A stretch of 63,405 bases of DNA, the filler included, from Reticulomyxa filosa (taxonomy: Eukaryota; Protista; Foraminifera), in assembly GCA_000512085.1 (NCBI GenBank). It is 16 parts of 16 records of this genome, joined end to end, with 100 filler letters (N's around TTAATTAATTAA, not from the genome) between each part and the next. Parts side by side here need not be neighbours in the genome. Positions count along the whole stretch, not along the records: positions 44,174 to 53,685 come from ASPP01008730.1; positions 53,786 to 58,672 come from ASPP01002482.1; positions 58,773 to 60,351 come from ASPP01020637.1; positions 60,452 to 61,600 come from ASPP01009346.1; 12 more parts are not named here. One strand, written 5' to 3'. A program made the position numbers and the translations under genes. Below, piece after piece: positions 48,147 to 61,535 of the stretch (positions are counted from its first letter, which is position 1; every line of letters begins with the position of its first letter). The notes beneath the pieces were generated by a model. That model searched no databases and had not been told where the DNA came from. It saw only the letters and a program-made list of their open reading frames with translations.

Positions 48147-50154
48147 TTATAACACTCCAGCAGCTTTGAGATTTTGTTTGATCAGATCGTTTGAAATGGA
48201 CTCAAAGATCTTGTTCATCATATCGGTGTCTAAAGCAGTGGTGACATGTTTAAAAAGCGACGAAAGAGTTACCACTTTGCATTTTTTCAACACATTGTCA
48301 AATTTGGCAAACAAAAAATCCAACACTTCCTTTTGATCGGTTGAGTCTTTGTCATTGGGCCAATCTGTGAAACTTTTGCTTATCGGAACGGTTTTGATTT
48401 TTTCGACGAACAAATCTTTGAGGAGGATACACAAAAAGAAACGACCAAACAAAGAAGGAAAGAAAAAAAAAAAAAAAACTATTAAATTCAGTGTCACATT
48501 ACGTAGCGGCGTACACAAACAATAAAAGTGTTGAACACTGTTAACATACCATGTTTGTTGAAAAACAAAATCAAAGTTTTTTCATTAAAAAAATCCCCCT
48601 TTCGCAACATCTTCGAATACCGTTATTGCGTCATGAACTCTCAGTGTCGTGTTGTCTTCATAGCAATACTGTTGTGAGGAGACAGACACACCACACACCC
48701 CCCCCCCCAACAAAAACATTATATATGTATGTATATACATATATATAAGTACACAATATACAACACAAATCATTTCTCCGATGCATCCTTTCACTCTCCT
48801 CTCATCCGGAGATTTTTTTATTGTTGTTGTTACTTGGTTGTATTCTGAAATGGCAACGACAAATAGTACACAATTAATGGTTTGCTTCATTAGGGACATC
48901 CACTTGCGTCGCTCACTGTAAATGAGTGGATTTCATACATATGTGAGGAAGAGGAAGAGAAGAAGAAGGAAGGGGGAGGGGAGGGCAGAGGACATAATGT
49001 CATTGCTTGTTGCAAACCTTCGTTGACCACCGACGTCAGTAAATTCAAAGACAAAATCCAATCCATTTGGTGTATCTATGACAAACTTGGTGATAATTAC
49101 ACCAGTCGATCTTTGTCTCATTCGTAGCTAAACAACCCCCATTACCACCGAAACAACAACAGTGATATTAAAAGCAATTTGAAACACGTACATAAAAAAA
49201 AAAATAAAAAAAAAACTTTAAACGTGTGTATACACGCGCACGTGTGCACATGCAGACACAAACAGAAAAAGACAAAAGCAAGCTTTGACAAACATAATCA
49301 TCAAATGTTGGAACATAGTCGTCTTTGGTAATTTCTTCGGCTCTGGACATGAAATATTCGCAATGATCGGGCAATAGAAAATGATCTTTCAAAGCGTACG
49401 TTCTTTTGATTCCTTCCTTTTTTTTTTTATCATTTGCTTGCAACACAATACCAAAAAAAAAAAAAAAGATTTATTTGACTACTAACATCCTTCCACAAAG
49501 CAGCAATATCCTGGATAAGATCTTTGGGCATGCTTTCTTTTTCGTCTAGCACTGAAATGTTTAGGATTTTGTCTCTTAATTTCACGTTAGGCTCATCTAC
49601 TGAAAGTTTTTCGTCGCTGAATACACCTTCCAAGTTTATCGACGCTTGACATAGCGCTTGCATGTACGTCACTAAACTCTGTTGCATTTTTTTATTTTTT
49701 ATTTTTATTTTTTTGGTTGTTGTGGTTGTGTAAACATTTATTTATTCATTTATTTTATTCTTTTGGTTTCAATATTAAATTCATATCCCATACGTACACA
49801 ATTTTTTTTTTTTTTTTTTTTTAAAAACAAACCCACGTAATGTAGTTCTTTCGAAGAAGACACTCAGCCTCTGTTTCTTTATCTCCTAAATGGATTTTGC
49901 GCATTTGTTTCATAATTGTACTTTTGCCGCTATCTCCTGGACCCAACAACAGAAAGCGGATTGTTCGGTTCTCGCTATGCTCTTCACGTTTCAACTTGTC
50001 ATGGATTTGCTTATCGTATTTCTCTTCTAACACATCCTTTTCTGATTTTTCTTTTTTCTTTGTGCGTTTTTTTCGTGTTAATTTTATAAAGCAATTAGCA
50101 CAATCAATACAAAAAAATGCTCAATACAATAATCGATACCCCAAATGGCCACAT
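48147..50154 (-). CDS. Heterotrimeric G-protein alpha subunit, divergent, multi-exon
   Basis: LLLGPGDSGKSTIMKQM, RQRSTG, DVGGQR|SERRKW, FNKH|DLF and HVTTALDT. The putative first exon MWPFG is uncertain. Confidence 0.9.
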
Positions 50155-50499
50155 TCCAAAAGTAATTTATGCTGCGCAAAGACTAGACGTTTTACAGGTA
50201 AAAAGGTATTATGTTATAGTTTTTTTAAATTTATGCCTAGCGACTTTTGAAACCGGAGCGTCTGGCTAAACTATTGAGATTTGAACTACTTTACATGACG
50301 GTACTTGTTGACAGCATTAAGTTCACAAGCAAATAATCTTAGTTTAAATATGCCCATCCCTTGGGCGACACAAATACATCCCTTCATAAATTAATAAAAG
50401 ACTTTTTTTACAAGAAATGAAGAAGAAACCTATTTTCCCTCCTCATTGTGTTTCACAATTTGTTACATAGAAACTGTAGTTATTTTGAGTTTTAAAAGA

Positions 50500-52800
50500 T
50501 TAATTTCCAGCGGATTGTAAATCGTAAGATTTACTATCATTTTTGTCTGGGCTGTTGCAATTGAGCCGAGAAAGCAATTGCAAACTCGTGTTCTTGTCAG
50601 ATGCGGATGGAGAGTTGGCATGGTGAGGAAAATTGGAGTTGATGAAGATACTTTGATTGATATAAGTTGGTAGCATTTCATTAGAATATTGTTTTTTCCG
50701 AACAGCATCACCACGCGACACGCTTTTGGAGTTTAATGTCTGCTGGGACTTGTTCATGTCCACGTGTGCCATAGGAGTGGGATCACAAGCACCCATCAGT
50801 TCCTCGGGCTTTTATGTTGACAATTGTATTTTAGTTTGCCTCTCTTGTAATGTTTCCATCAGACCACCACGGTCATTTAAAAAAAAAAAAGAAAGTTACC
50901 ATAAAAGAAAGAAAAATGGATCTAACTCGGGTCATAAACTCCAACATGGTAAAACACTCAATGCGATACTTTTCGGCAGTGAGCCATTGTTGTGTGTCGC
51001 CATTGTATACAAGCCAGTTGGTAGTGACCAAGCCAGGATGTGCGACATCTTGGTACGCAATTAAGCTGGCTTCGTTGTCAAAAGCCAGACCTCGTCGATC
51101 GATCAGCCACGCCTCGAGATCTGGATTCCATCGAATCGCACATTTGCTACGTGTACTGGTGTAGCACACCCGTCCTTTGTTTATTTATTTATTTATTTTG
51201 AAAATGAATAAACAAATCAATACCAAAAAAAAATTCGAAAACACAGTTTAGCAGTAATCTAAACCTTGATGCAATTTCCATCTTTTAATAAAGATGCCCG
51301 ATTCTTCCCACTTGTTCGAGCCGACCAAAAGCAACACGTCTGGAATCGGCGACAGTGACACGTGGTTTTGTGAGATTGTTTTTCGAAGGTCGGAAATTTC
51401 TTTTTTCATGTCCTCGTTCTAAAGCAATGATATTGTTTATTATACGTTGGATGTCGAAAACCCTCTCCCCTTCCCCCCCCCCCTCCTCATCAACGCCGAA
51501 TAAGACTATACAATCTCTTTGTTTGAGTAAATCATGCTCTCAACTGCTTTTTGTAACGTTTCATAGTGAGAGGTAAGTTCAATGTACACTTTTCTGAATT
51601 TCTTGTTTTGCGATTGCAACGCTTCGACTTTGGCAGACGTGTCATCAATTTTCATCGTGTTATGCGTGACGGCGTTGTACTTCAAATGCTGACTCAAGTG
51701 CTGATACTTGACCGACTCGACACAGCCAAACTCGTAGTACGGACATTTGACCAATCTGTCCGGACAACTGGACTCCATGTGATGGCTCAGCTCCTCCTCG
51801 TCCACCTTCCCAAGGCAAAGACGGCACGTCTGCTTGCGTGCACATTGCTCCACATGTGCTGCTCTGGCTGTTTCGTCATCCAATACCACTTTGCAATGCC
51901 GGCAGCTTTTTGCGCATTTCGCTTTGTGGTTTTCAAAATCTTTACGACACATTCGGGTCTTTTTTTTTTTTATTATTAGACATTATATAAATACGTATAC
52001 GTATATAGGTTATTTGTACATTTGTGTGTAAATGTGCATATATTCCCCGAAGACTTCGACATCCTTTTGCATTTGTTTGCTTGTCCAATGGTTAAAAAGA
52101 AAAAAAAAAATTAAACTGCATTGACGACATGTGAACATCACATAATCGCAGGTTGCGAAATGCCCAACATAGGAACGCGGGACTGAAAGATCGTTGGCTT
52201 TGGGAATCGTGTTTGCGTGTTTTTGCTGAGTAGGCAAATTGTTGTCGCCGAGCAACTCAGACAACTGTCCGGTCCATTTGCAACCTCGTGACTGAAATGG
52301 ACATTTGGTCCTCAATTTCTCAACGGCGCGGTTTAGATAAATGCTTGGCCTTGGTAGACTGTCATTGCTCGTGTTACAAAATGGACATCGAAATGTCTCA
52401 TCTTTGCCCTCTTTTCTGTTTTTTATTGCCAAAAGTACACATCCACCTATACATTTCACACAACACATAATCCAAAAGTTACTCTGCTCACTTCAGAGGA
52501 AAAGCATATCTTTTGTTGTTCTTGCTGTTGTATTGGTGTCGTGTAAACATGCCAACAGAACACGCCGTACAACGTACCGCAAAAAATATGTCCACAAGTT
52601 GTCTCGTGGCAATTAACTACGACGTGATGGCAAATAGAACACAAATACGATTTGGCTTGCTCTGTGTCCAAAAATAAGTCAAGTGTATGACCACACTGCC
52701 TTTTCGTCGGCAAGGATGGAGAGGTCCAAGATTGGCCGTTGCTATCTTCAATAGATCCATCACTCAAAGAAGAAGAGCAGGAAAGTTGTATTTCTGTCAT
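50500..52800 (-). CDS. RING and TRAF-type zinc-finger protein with a non-MATH C-terminal domain
   Basis: CSICHHVVVNCHETTCGHIFC...CPFC RING; CPFQSRGCKWTG and CPDRLVKCPYYEFGC TRAF fingers; coiled coil; spliced downstream exons (…GIFIKRWKLHQG|RVCYTST…WLIDRRG). Confidence 0.78.
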
Positions 52801-53231
52801 CAGTAATGCCGTTGTAGAAACAAGTCCCAGCAACCTTCAAAAGTTTTCAACTTTTTTGTTTGTTTGTGTTTCTACGCGCACGACGTTTTTATTATATCGT
52901 TGCATTTTCGAATCCAAATTTGTCTTTCATCTTAATTGTCAAAAGTGTGGCCGAATTGTGATCACTAAATGGATGTTATACACACAAAAAAAAAAAAAAA
53001 AAGTAAATTGTCAGAAAAGCGTCATGTTTTCTTGAATTTTATTATTTACAAAGTTTTAAAACAGGAAGATAAACAATTAAAACTTATCATCATGAAAATT
53101 TGATTTTAGTAGAATGATTTTTTTTTGCACTATTGAATACGTACGCTTTCAAATAAAAAACGTTGAGCGTGTTTTGTACGAGCAAGGACCGACAAGATAG
53201 GAAAGGGGGGATACATCATCCCGCTTGATGT

Positions 53232-53685
53232 ATGATTAGACAAGGAGAAAGAACTCAGGATCCGGAAAGGCTAAGAGAAATGGATGAAGCTATACCAGGA
53301 GATAAACAAGAAAAAGAAGAAAGGGCGTTGGATTTTAATTCAGCACACAACGGAGCAGAGAAGGCGTTGAACCATTACTTCCACACGATGAGTGCGAACG
53401 AGCCACGAGTGGCGACGACAACACGCCGAAGAGGATATACAGAAGACGACTGGTTCGAGACGTTTGAGAACACATCAGACCGACATACGAGTAGTGAAAG
53501 CGAAGATGAGGAGGAGGAGAACGAGAATGAGAACGAGAACGAGAACGGTGAAGCGCAGCAGCAACAGCAGCAAAAGGAAAAAGAGGAGATCAAAGTGAGT
53601 TATATGCAATATGTACCCTACCTGCCATTGGCGACAACGGACGAGAATGCGGACAAAAAAAAAAGATGGAAAAAGAAAAAGAAAA
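53232..53685 (+). CDS. Acidic low-complexity hypothetical protein (partial)
   Basis: Higher-GC ORF with E/N/Q runs; runs into the gap. Confidence 0.5.
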
Positions 53686-53785
53686 NNNNNNNNNNNNNNN
53701 NNNNNNNNNNNNNNNNNNNNNNNNNNNNNTTAATTAATTAANNNNNNNNNNNNNNNNNNNNNNNNNNNNNNNNNNNNNNNNNNNN

Positions 53786-53928
53786 ACCAATTTCATATTT
53801 AAAAACTACAAGATTTGTAGATATTTTTAAAAAAAAAAATTAGGTCTAAATATTGATTTTTCATGAAGAAAATCAATTATCATCATAGGATATCGTTTTA
53901 GGCGTTCAGTTTTCTTTGCAACCTACTG
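53786..53928. mobile_element. Right TIR of the Tc1/MITE family at a contig start
   Basis: ...ttttaggcgttcagttttctttgcaacctactg|TA; matches 37680-37815. Confidence 0.88.
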
Positions 53929-54602
53929 TAATTTGTTCTTTTTTTTTGTTGTTTGTATGTATGCGATATCAAAATAAATAATATTGAATAATTTTTTTTA
54001 ATACCTCTTTTTCAATTGATTGTTGAATCATATCTTTAATCACTAATTCGATATTTCCATAATGATGTTCGTTGTAATTCTTCTTCGGTAATTGAATCTC
54101 CAAATAATCTAACCAATGTTTAATTTCTTTTACATATTTTTGATTGTTGTTGTTTTGCATCCCTCCGTTACATTTCATATCGTCTATTAAAATACAGTTA
54201 CAGTTTTATATCGTATTTTGAGAATACACAAGGAAATATTGCATCATAACATTTCATTGAGTTTTCATTGGTTGTTGTCTGTTAAAAGATACAAAGTTTT
54301 GCTTTTCCTATTATCCAAAAATGCTGACTAAACCTACCTTGAATTTCTTTAGCTGATTTTCTTTGTCGTACATGTATCTTTTACCTAAAAACATCATGTA
54401 GAGTTTTTTTTTTATTTGACGCTCCCTTCACGGAAGCAGCTAGATTTTGAGTATCCAACAGTATGATTTCAATTTTTAATTAAAAAAACAAAATTAAATA
54501 TGATGCAATCACTGTCATTATTGTCAGATATTTTTCACGTAATCATCCCTTTTTCAAAAAAAAAAGTCAAACAATTGAATAGTTCCTTTTAATCTTAACG
54601 AC

Positions 54603-55190
54603 ATGGCCAATCAAAATACAACTCCTTTTCAAAGATTGAAGGACTGTCACTTACATTTTGAATCTCAATACGTGTTACACAAACACGAACTCCTTATTTG
54701 TGGAGATCATCGTCAAAGGTCGTACTTACCAACTAAAAATGTAATACAGCATCATCGTTTTGTATTAAAACCAAAGAATGAACAAGGAATGAAGAAAAAA
54801 GAAAAAAATTATGAAATGTTGTATTTTGTGAAGATAATAACATTTTTCAATTTCATGCATTTGTACGTATTGACGATACTATTTTGTTCTTTGGTGGACA
54901 TGATTATCATAATGGTCTAAAATCAGTATGTAAATTCAATTAAAAAAGGACATGGCTTACATTTGAAAATATTTTGCCTATTCACTTATTGTTTTGCAAT
55001 ACTGAATGATGACAACAGTTATATACATATCATTGAGAGGAATAATGAATATGCCTTATCAGTGCATATGAAAACAAAAGTGAGCGAATGGATGGATTCT
55101 CAACAGTTGGTAATTTCCCTTTTAACCTTTTTTTGGAAACTGTCTTATTTTTTTTTATATGAAACAATCAACAGTCAAAGAATGATGTAA
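54603..55190 (+). pseudogene. Decayed Kelch/beta-propeller-like gene
   Basis: SQYVLHKHELLICG, ilFFGG and SYIHII remnants, with frameshifts. Confidence 0.5.
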
Positions 55191-55714
55191 AATTATTTGG
55201 AAAAAAAAAAGCGAAACTTATTCAAACAACACTAAAAAGGAATATAATTTTTCAATTTAACATCCCTTTACAAAGATTATAAATAATTTTGGAAGAGTTA
55301 TGTCATGTATATGTCGTTCCTTTTTATTTTTTTTATGCATGATGAAAATGAACTTATACTTTTTTTTGGCCGTTGCTTTGAGAAATGTAAAAGAGCTAGA
55401 ACTCTCTAGTTATTTCACTTTTTTAAAAATACCTTTAGTTCATTATAAAAAAACGATTCCCTTAAGAACAAACAAATATTATTATAAACAAAAAATTTCA
55501 ACACAATTCAGGTAAATTTAAAAGTATTTTTGGTAAGCCCTTTATTGATCTTGAAAAAAAGCTCAAATATTTGTTGCTTACGTCATCATTGAATGTGAAA
55601 AATAAAAAACGTTAAAAACTTCAATTCAATTAGCATTGGTAAATTCAGGCTAACCTTTCAGAAAGCTTCTTATCTTTGGATTTTTTTTTTTGCGTCATTT
55701 TTAATTAAATAGTT

Positions 55715-56160
55715 AGAAGAAGATGTCCAAAGAATTATTCAATATTGGATTCGAATATTAAAAATCAAATTGGGGTGTGTCAATGACTTTGACAGACTTG
55801 TCGCAAATTATGTTATGTTTTTGGTTTTTTTTATTCAATAGTAAATATTTATTTGTTGTTATCACTATATACCACAAGTAAATACGTTTTTCATGCTCGA
55901 TACGTTTTGTTCATCATCCAAATTACTCAAAATATTTCATGGACACCTTGACTGTGTGAACAGTATTGATTTTTCGACATTCAAAGATGATCAATTCCTT
56001 TATTCAGGATAAGATGATAAAACAGTTCGTGTATGGTATGTTAACAATAACAAACAAATTCAATCATTCAATAAGCATTCACATTATGTTAAATGTGTGA
56101 AATTTTCACAATATCATAGTCATAATAATCGCCAAAATGTCATTTGTTCTCCATCATCTG
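55715..56160 (+). pseudogene. WD40-family pseudogene truncated just before a TIR relic (56200-56266)
   Basis: EEDVQRIIQYWIRILKIKLG...GHLDCVNSIDFSTF...SG*DDKTVRVW (in-frame stop); followed by ...ttttgcaatctactg|TA. Confidence 0.8.
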
Positions 56161-56752
56161 AAAAATGTCTTTTTTCCAATCATAGATTGCAAATTCTAAC
56201 CATTCTTTGATATGACTATCATCATAAGGTAACGTTTTAATCTGTAAGTTTTTTTGCAATCTACTGTAATTTAGCACAAATTGGATGAACAAAACAAAGA
56301 AGACGAACAGGAAGAGTATATCGAAACTACAGTGTTGGAAGATGAAAAAAGTGAGAAAGAAGCAGAAAAACGAATAAAAGAAAGAGATAAGAGATATCGC
56401 GACAAGAATTTTTATAAAAGTTATGGATCAGTGGAGAATACAGTTCATTTGTTGATACGTTTACATCGAATTATCTTGCAGGTTAAGGCAGCCATTGACG
56501 TTTTAACAGATTTACTGAACAGGAAAACTCTCCTAAACCAAATGCTTCCTCTGCTGTGAAACGAATTTCTAGGATTTAGGTTTTTGCAAAAAAAGATTTA
56601 AATTGCTTCAATTTTTGTATGCTTTTCTTGACTTTTATAAGAAATTTTTTAATTTTCCTGGATATCCAAATATCATTTAAAAAGGTTTTGAAAAGATGTC
56701 AATTTTTCAAATAAAATTTTAAATGTTATAAGTGATGTTTTTTTTGCTGATA

Positions 56753-58115
56753 TTATCCCCGAATACGAATATAGCCACTCCCACAACCATAACACAGACC
56801 TATGCGATTATTTTTTAATTTTAAAAATTTAAGACAGATTATTCCCCTATCTTGATCATCAGCATTGATTATGTATAACTCCTGTCTATTTGATCGAATA
56901 TCCCAAAAACGAATTGTATTATCATTTGATCCAGAACATATCACATTTGAACCATCACTAATCCCGATATTATTTATTACAAGTGGTGCATATTCAACAG
57001 CATTCACATAGTCTTTATGTCCATTGAACACTTGAATTTGTTTACCATATCGGATATCCCACAAGCGAACACTTTTATCATCTGATCCAGATAATATTGT
57101 ATTTGCACAACCAATATTTCCTAATTCATTTGATCCATATTTTATACTTTTAATCCAATCTGCATGTCCTTTGAATACAGTCAATTGTTTGGTTGTTTCA
57201 ATGTCCCATGTACGAATAGTTTTATCACGTGATCCAGAACAAATGGTATATCCATTACCACCAATCACACCAATATTATTACTTTTATTACCATTGTTGT
57301 TATTGCTTTGTAATGGTGAAATATCAACACACCTAACAAAATCTGTATGTCCATTGAAAACATGTAATAATTTGGATGTCGCAACATCCCATAACTGAAT
57401 AGTTTTGTCACTAGATCCTGAACATAAATATCTGCCACTATTAAATGGTGAAAAATCAATGGCATAAACAGCGCCAGTGTGTTCGAATACTTGCAATTGT
57501 CGACCCTTTTTGATATCCCAAAAACGAATGGTTTTGTCATTTGACGAAGAACAAATTATATTACAGCGACAACTATAGTGATGGTATGGTGAAAATTGTA
57601 CGCAAAATACTGAGCCTAAGTGTTTATTGAATGATTGAATTTTCTCTTTATTCTTCATATCCCATACGTGAACCATTCTACTATCTGATCCATTACAAAT
57701 GAATTGATTACCGTCGAATGCAGAATAATCAATACTGTACACAAATATATTGTGTACAGTCTGTATATTGAATAATTCAGATGACGGGCAAAATCTATGA
57801 AATATAAAGCCTCTAGCTACCTATGTTAACAATGATTATGTAATTATTTAAATATTTGATTGATATATATAAAACGAAAACATAACATAATCGGTGATAA
57901 ATTTGTCAAACTCAGGGATCCATCCTAATTTAATTCTTGCCATTCGAGCCCAATAGCTAATAATTACTGCAATTTCTTTCTTTTCTTCAGATAGACTTAT
58001 CTTAAATTACACAACCAAATCTTAAAAGACACTAGCCTTCTGAAGCGTGAGTTGAAAGGAAACTTACCATTGATGATTGTGTTAAGGGTGGTTTGTTACT
58101 GATAGAATTACCCAT
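56753..58115 (-). CDS. WD40-repeat protein of the expanded family
   Basis: 329-aa exon with ~6 WD repeats and the family insert ISPLQSNNN...IGVIGGNGYTICSGS; upstream exons include KKEIAVIISYWARMARIKLGWIPEFDKFITDY. The 5' end is approximate. Confidence 0.85.
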
Positions 58116-58632
58116 TCTTTCAGGTTTGATGATGATAACGATGAAAGATTTAAAACTTGGAAGTTTTCGTCCATAAAGGAGCTTGTTAAACTTTGTGACG
58201 TACAGACCAAGATTTCTATTATATTTTATTAGTAAGCTATAACAAAATAATAGATATTACTATATCTAGTTTTACTTCCTGTTTGTTTTCACATCAAAAG
58301 CATGCATTGGAGTTGTTCTTAAATTTAATTTTTGACTATTCAAATGGATAACAACTTATAAAAAAATTGCGACAATAGAATTTCTAAATGTGCTTCCGAA
58401 ACATTTTAGATTTCTATGCAACATTAATACTTACAAATAACATACCTCAATTGTGTGCATAAGACAAAATCGAGAGTATGATCTTAAATTATATTACAGC
58501 TCATGCAAGGATGAATAAGGTTTTTCTTTGTTACTACAATTTCTGTGATCAAAAAGACCGAATAAAGTTTAATAAAATAGATTTGTTTTGTTTATCATTC
58601 TCTAACTTTTTTTACTTGTATATTCCTTTATA

Positions 58633-58672
58633 CAGTAGGTTGCAAAAAAACTGAACACCTAAAATGCCACCT
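58633..58672. mobile_element. Left TIR of the Tc1 family at a contig end
   Basis: TA|cagtaggttgcaaaaaaactgaacacctaaaatgccacct. Confidence 0.88.
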
Positions 58673-59939
58673 NNNNNNNNNNNNNNNNNNNNNNNNNNNN
58701 NNNNNNNNNNNNNNNNTTAATTAATTAANNNNNNNNNNNNNNNNNNNNNNNNNNNNNNNNNNNNNNNNNNNNTTTATTTATTTATTTGTTTGTTTTTTTT
58801 TTTTTTTTTTTTAATTCTCGTGCTTTTTGTCCCCTTGGCACCGGTGCATTTTTTTGTTCCCCTTGGCACCATTGCACTTTTTGCAACCTTTAGTCCCTGT
58901 TGCTAGTGCTCCCCCGTTTGCATCTTTCCTTCTTGTTGCTTGTGCCTCTCCCTTTTGCACCTTTCCTCCCCATTGCACAACTTTTCCTCCCTTGTTCCGT
59001 TCGTTCTGTCTTGTCTTCCACTTTAGTTTCCTGTTTTTTTTTTTTTTTTTTCCAATTCAGTGAGGCTTTTTAGTGGAGAATAAAGATAGATGTAGGGCAC
59101 CGTTATTATTGTTTGTCAGTGTGTGTATTTTGCCTACCTTTTTTTTTTTCAATGTGTTTTATTTTAAATTTTTATTGTTATTATGGTTGTTATTAAAATT
59201 GTTATTATGGCTGTTATCCCCATTTAATGGATTGCTGTTTGTGGATATTTTATTCCTGTTCCTGTTCCTGTCCTGTGCCGAATGGAAAAATGTGGCTCCC
59301 CCCTTCAATTCGAGTGTTGATGCACGCGAGACCACCATTTGATGCAGTGTCTGCATCATAGTGAGTCGTTGATGCCAACCGATCCTGCAAACGAGATAGT
59401 CCACTGATGTGGACAATTACAATAACGACTCCAGCTGCGCACATATCTATGGACAGCCCTGTGGCTTGTGTCATTAGATTTGGCGCGCTATTAGGGATGC
59501 ATTGCATCCCGATTAAGTGGTCTCTATGTCCCGAATAGATAGGACACAGCAAGCAAGCACCATGGTGTGTCATTGCTCGCTGTCGATCCTAACAAAGTGG
59601 CCAGCGCAACACAGAAGGACTGACGATTGTCAAAGCGCCAGTTCGTCGCATTCCCAAGTTTAGTCTATATATTTTCACCAACTTGTCTGTTATTATTTAT
59701 ATACTTTGCTTCCATTTACACGACCATACTTTGCATTGTCTATGTCTGTTTGAAATAGTTTGGGAAAATGGAAATCGTCGAGATGCCAGTTATCGTTATT
59801 TTTGGTTGTTTTTTTTTTTTTTTAGTTTTGGTTTTGGTTTTTATTGATTGTTTTTTTAATTTTATTTAGTATTTTTTAATTAATTATTTTTTTTTTTTTT
59901 TAAATTTATTATATTAATAATGAATAATCTTACATTCGG

Positions 59940-60275
59940 CAATCTTTTCTTCATACTAAATTTTTGGATCCTGCCAGTTATCATCTAATTATCTTTCTCC
60001 AGGACTCCGATATAGTGCATGTAGCATTGAGTCTGCGCTGTAAAGAGGATGCGGTAGCAATCCATATATTGACTAGGCTGCAATTCCATAGCCGGATTGA
60101 TACGTAGTAAGGATCGCTGATTTCTTTCTTGAGATTCTGTTGTTCGCAGTCACAAGCGTACATCCACTATGTCATTGCCATTGTCGCCCACACGTTCACA
60201 TTGACTAGTTTCGGAGGACAACTTCATCACTCCATACTCTTCGTTTTGCACATAGAATGTGTCGCCAATCGCCCA
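59940..60275 (-). pseudogene. Exon-like segment with in-frame stops; unknown family
   Basis: KWAIGDTFYVQNEEYGVM...VRL*LRTT...LEKDN*MITG...PN|GTAAG, bounded by splice-like signals. Confidence 0.35.
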
Positions 60276-60859
60276 CTTTTTTTTTTTATTATTACTTTCC
60301 AAATGTAAACAATAAACAAATTGTATATATATATATATGTATGTATACGTANNNNNNNNNNNNNNNNNNNNNNNNNNNNNNNNNNNNNNNNNNNNTTAAT
60401 TAATTAANNNNNNNNNNNNNNNNNNNNNNNNNNNNNNNNNNNNNNNNNNNNATGGTTCTCGCTCAACGAAAGTCGCATCAAAGAGTAGCATGCCCTCACT
60501 TGCCATTTAAAAACTGTGTGGCCATTTATTTAAAATTTGATTGCCCTTCAATGAAATTGTTTTTTTTAAAAATTTCATCAGTTACTGCAATATATTGATA
60601 TATTTATTTTATTGAAGTAGAATACATTTGCTTTTGTGATCACAAATTCAGATCATTCTATCATAAGAATACGATACAATTGCAATTTTATAATAGTGAA
60701 CAATCTTTTTGAACAATAAACCAAAAATGAAAAACTTTTTGCGATCATTTACCTTTACCAGTTTTGTTTTTTTTTAACAAAATTTAACAGTAGACCCTTT
60801 TTTTTTTTGAAATAATGGGAAATCATCACTATAAAGTCTTTACATATTTCAGTTCAAAT

Positions 60860-61535
60860 GCATCCTCCAACGACATGGTGTTGCTAAAACTGAAATTGAC
60901 CGTGTACAAAAAATTACAAATTGGTTAAAACACGAAAACAAAGAGTACGTTCAAATCGCTCTGATTGGAATTGGTGGAGTTGGAAAAACAATAATGTGCA
61001 AGCAACTCCAACTGTTGGATGAAAATCGAGACGATTTTGGAGAGTGGACGAGCACAGAGGATAAGATGAATGAAATAAGAAATGAGATTTGGGTTGACGT
61101 CAAAGATAGTATAATGCATCATCTCAGCGACATGATCGTCGATATATCAAAAAAGCCTGAAGTGACGAATACATTGGATATAAGCACAGCACAAGTGATG
61201 GCAGAGTTGCTGCGCGCTTGCAAAAATAGAGAATTTTTGAATGCAGGTACGTTAAGTCGTCGCCTATGGAACGACCTGCATGACTCACAAGTTTTCCGCA
61301 AGGCCTTGCGCAACCCGTCACAAGCAAATATATCGTTACAGATGGAGTATTTATTCGACCATCTTGACGAGATTTTTATTGAGGGCGAAGTGTCAACAAA
61401 CAGAAATTTTATCTTTTTCCCTCTTTCCACTTCTGGTTTTTGCGCGACTCAATACTCTCATTCGTTTGAGGTGATTGACACAGGTGCTCATTACAACAAA
61501 GCAAAACAAATGAAGTATACGTATACAAATTGTGT
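60860..61535 (+). CDS. Hypothetical helical protein (partial)
   Basis: An open, coding-like frame 60994-61535 ending at a donor-like site before a T-rich tract; no domain recognised. Confidence 0.55.

Noticed and set aside
41100-60275. Alternative genetic code suggested by stop-interrupted segments
   Set aside because: Conserved genes in the window read cleanly in the standard code and end with TAA, TAG or TGA.
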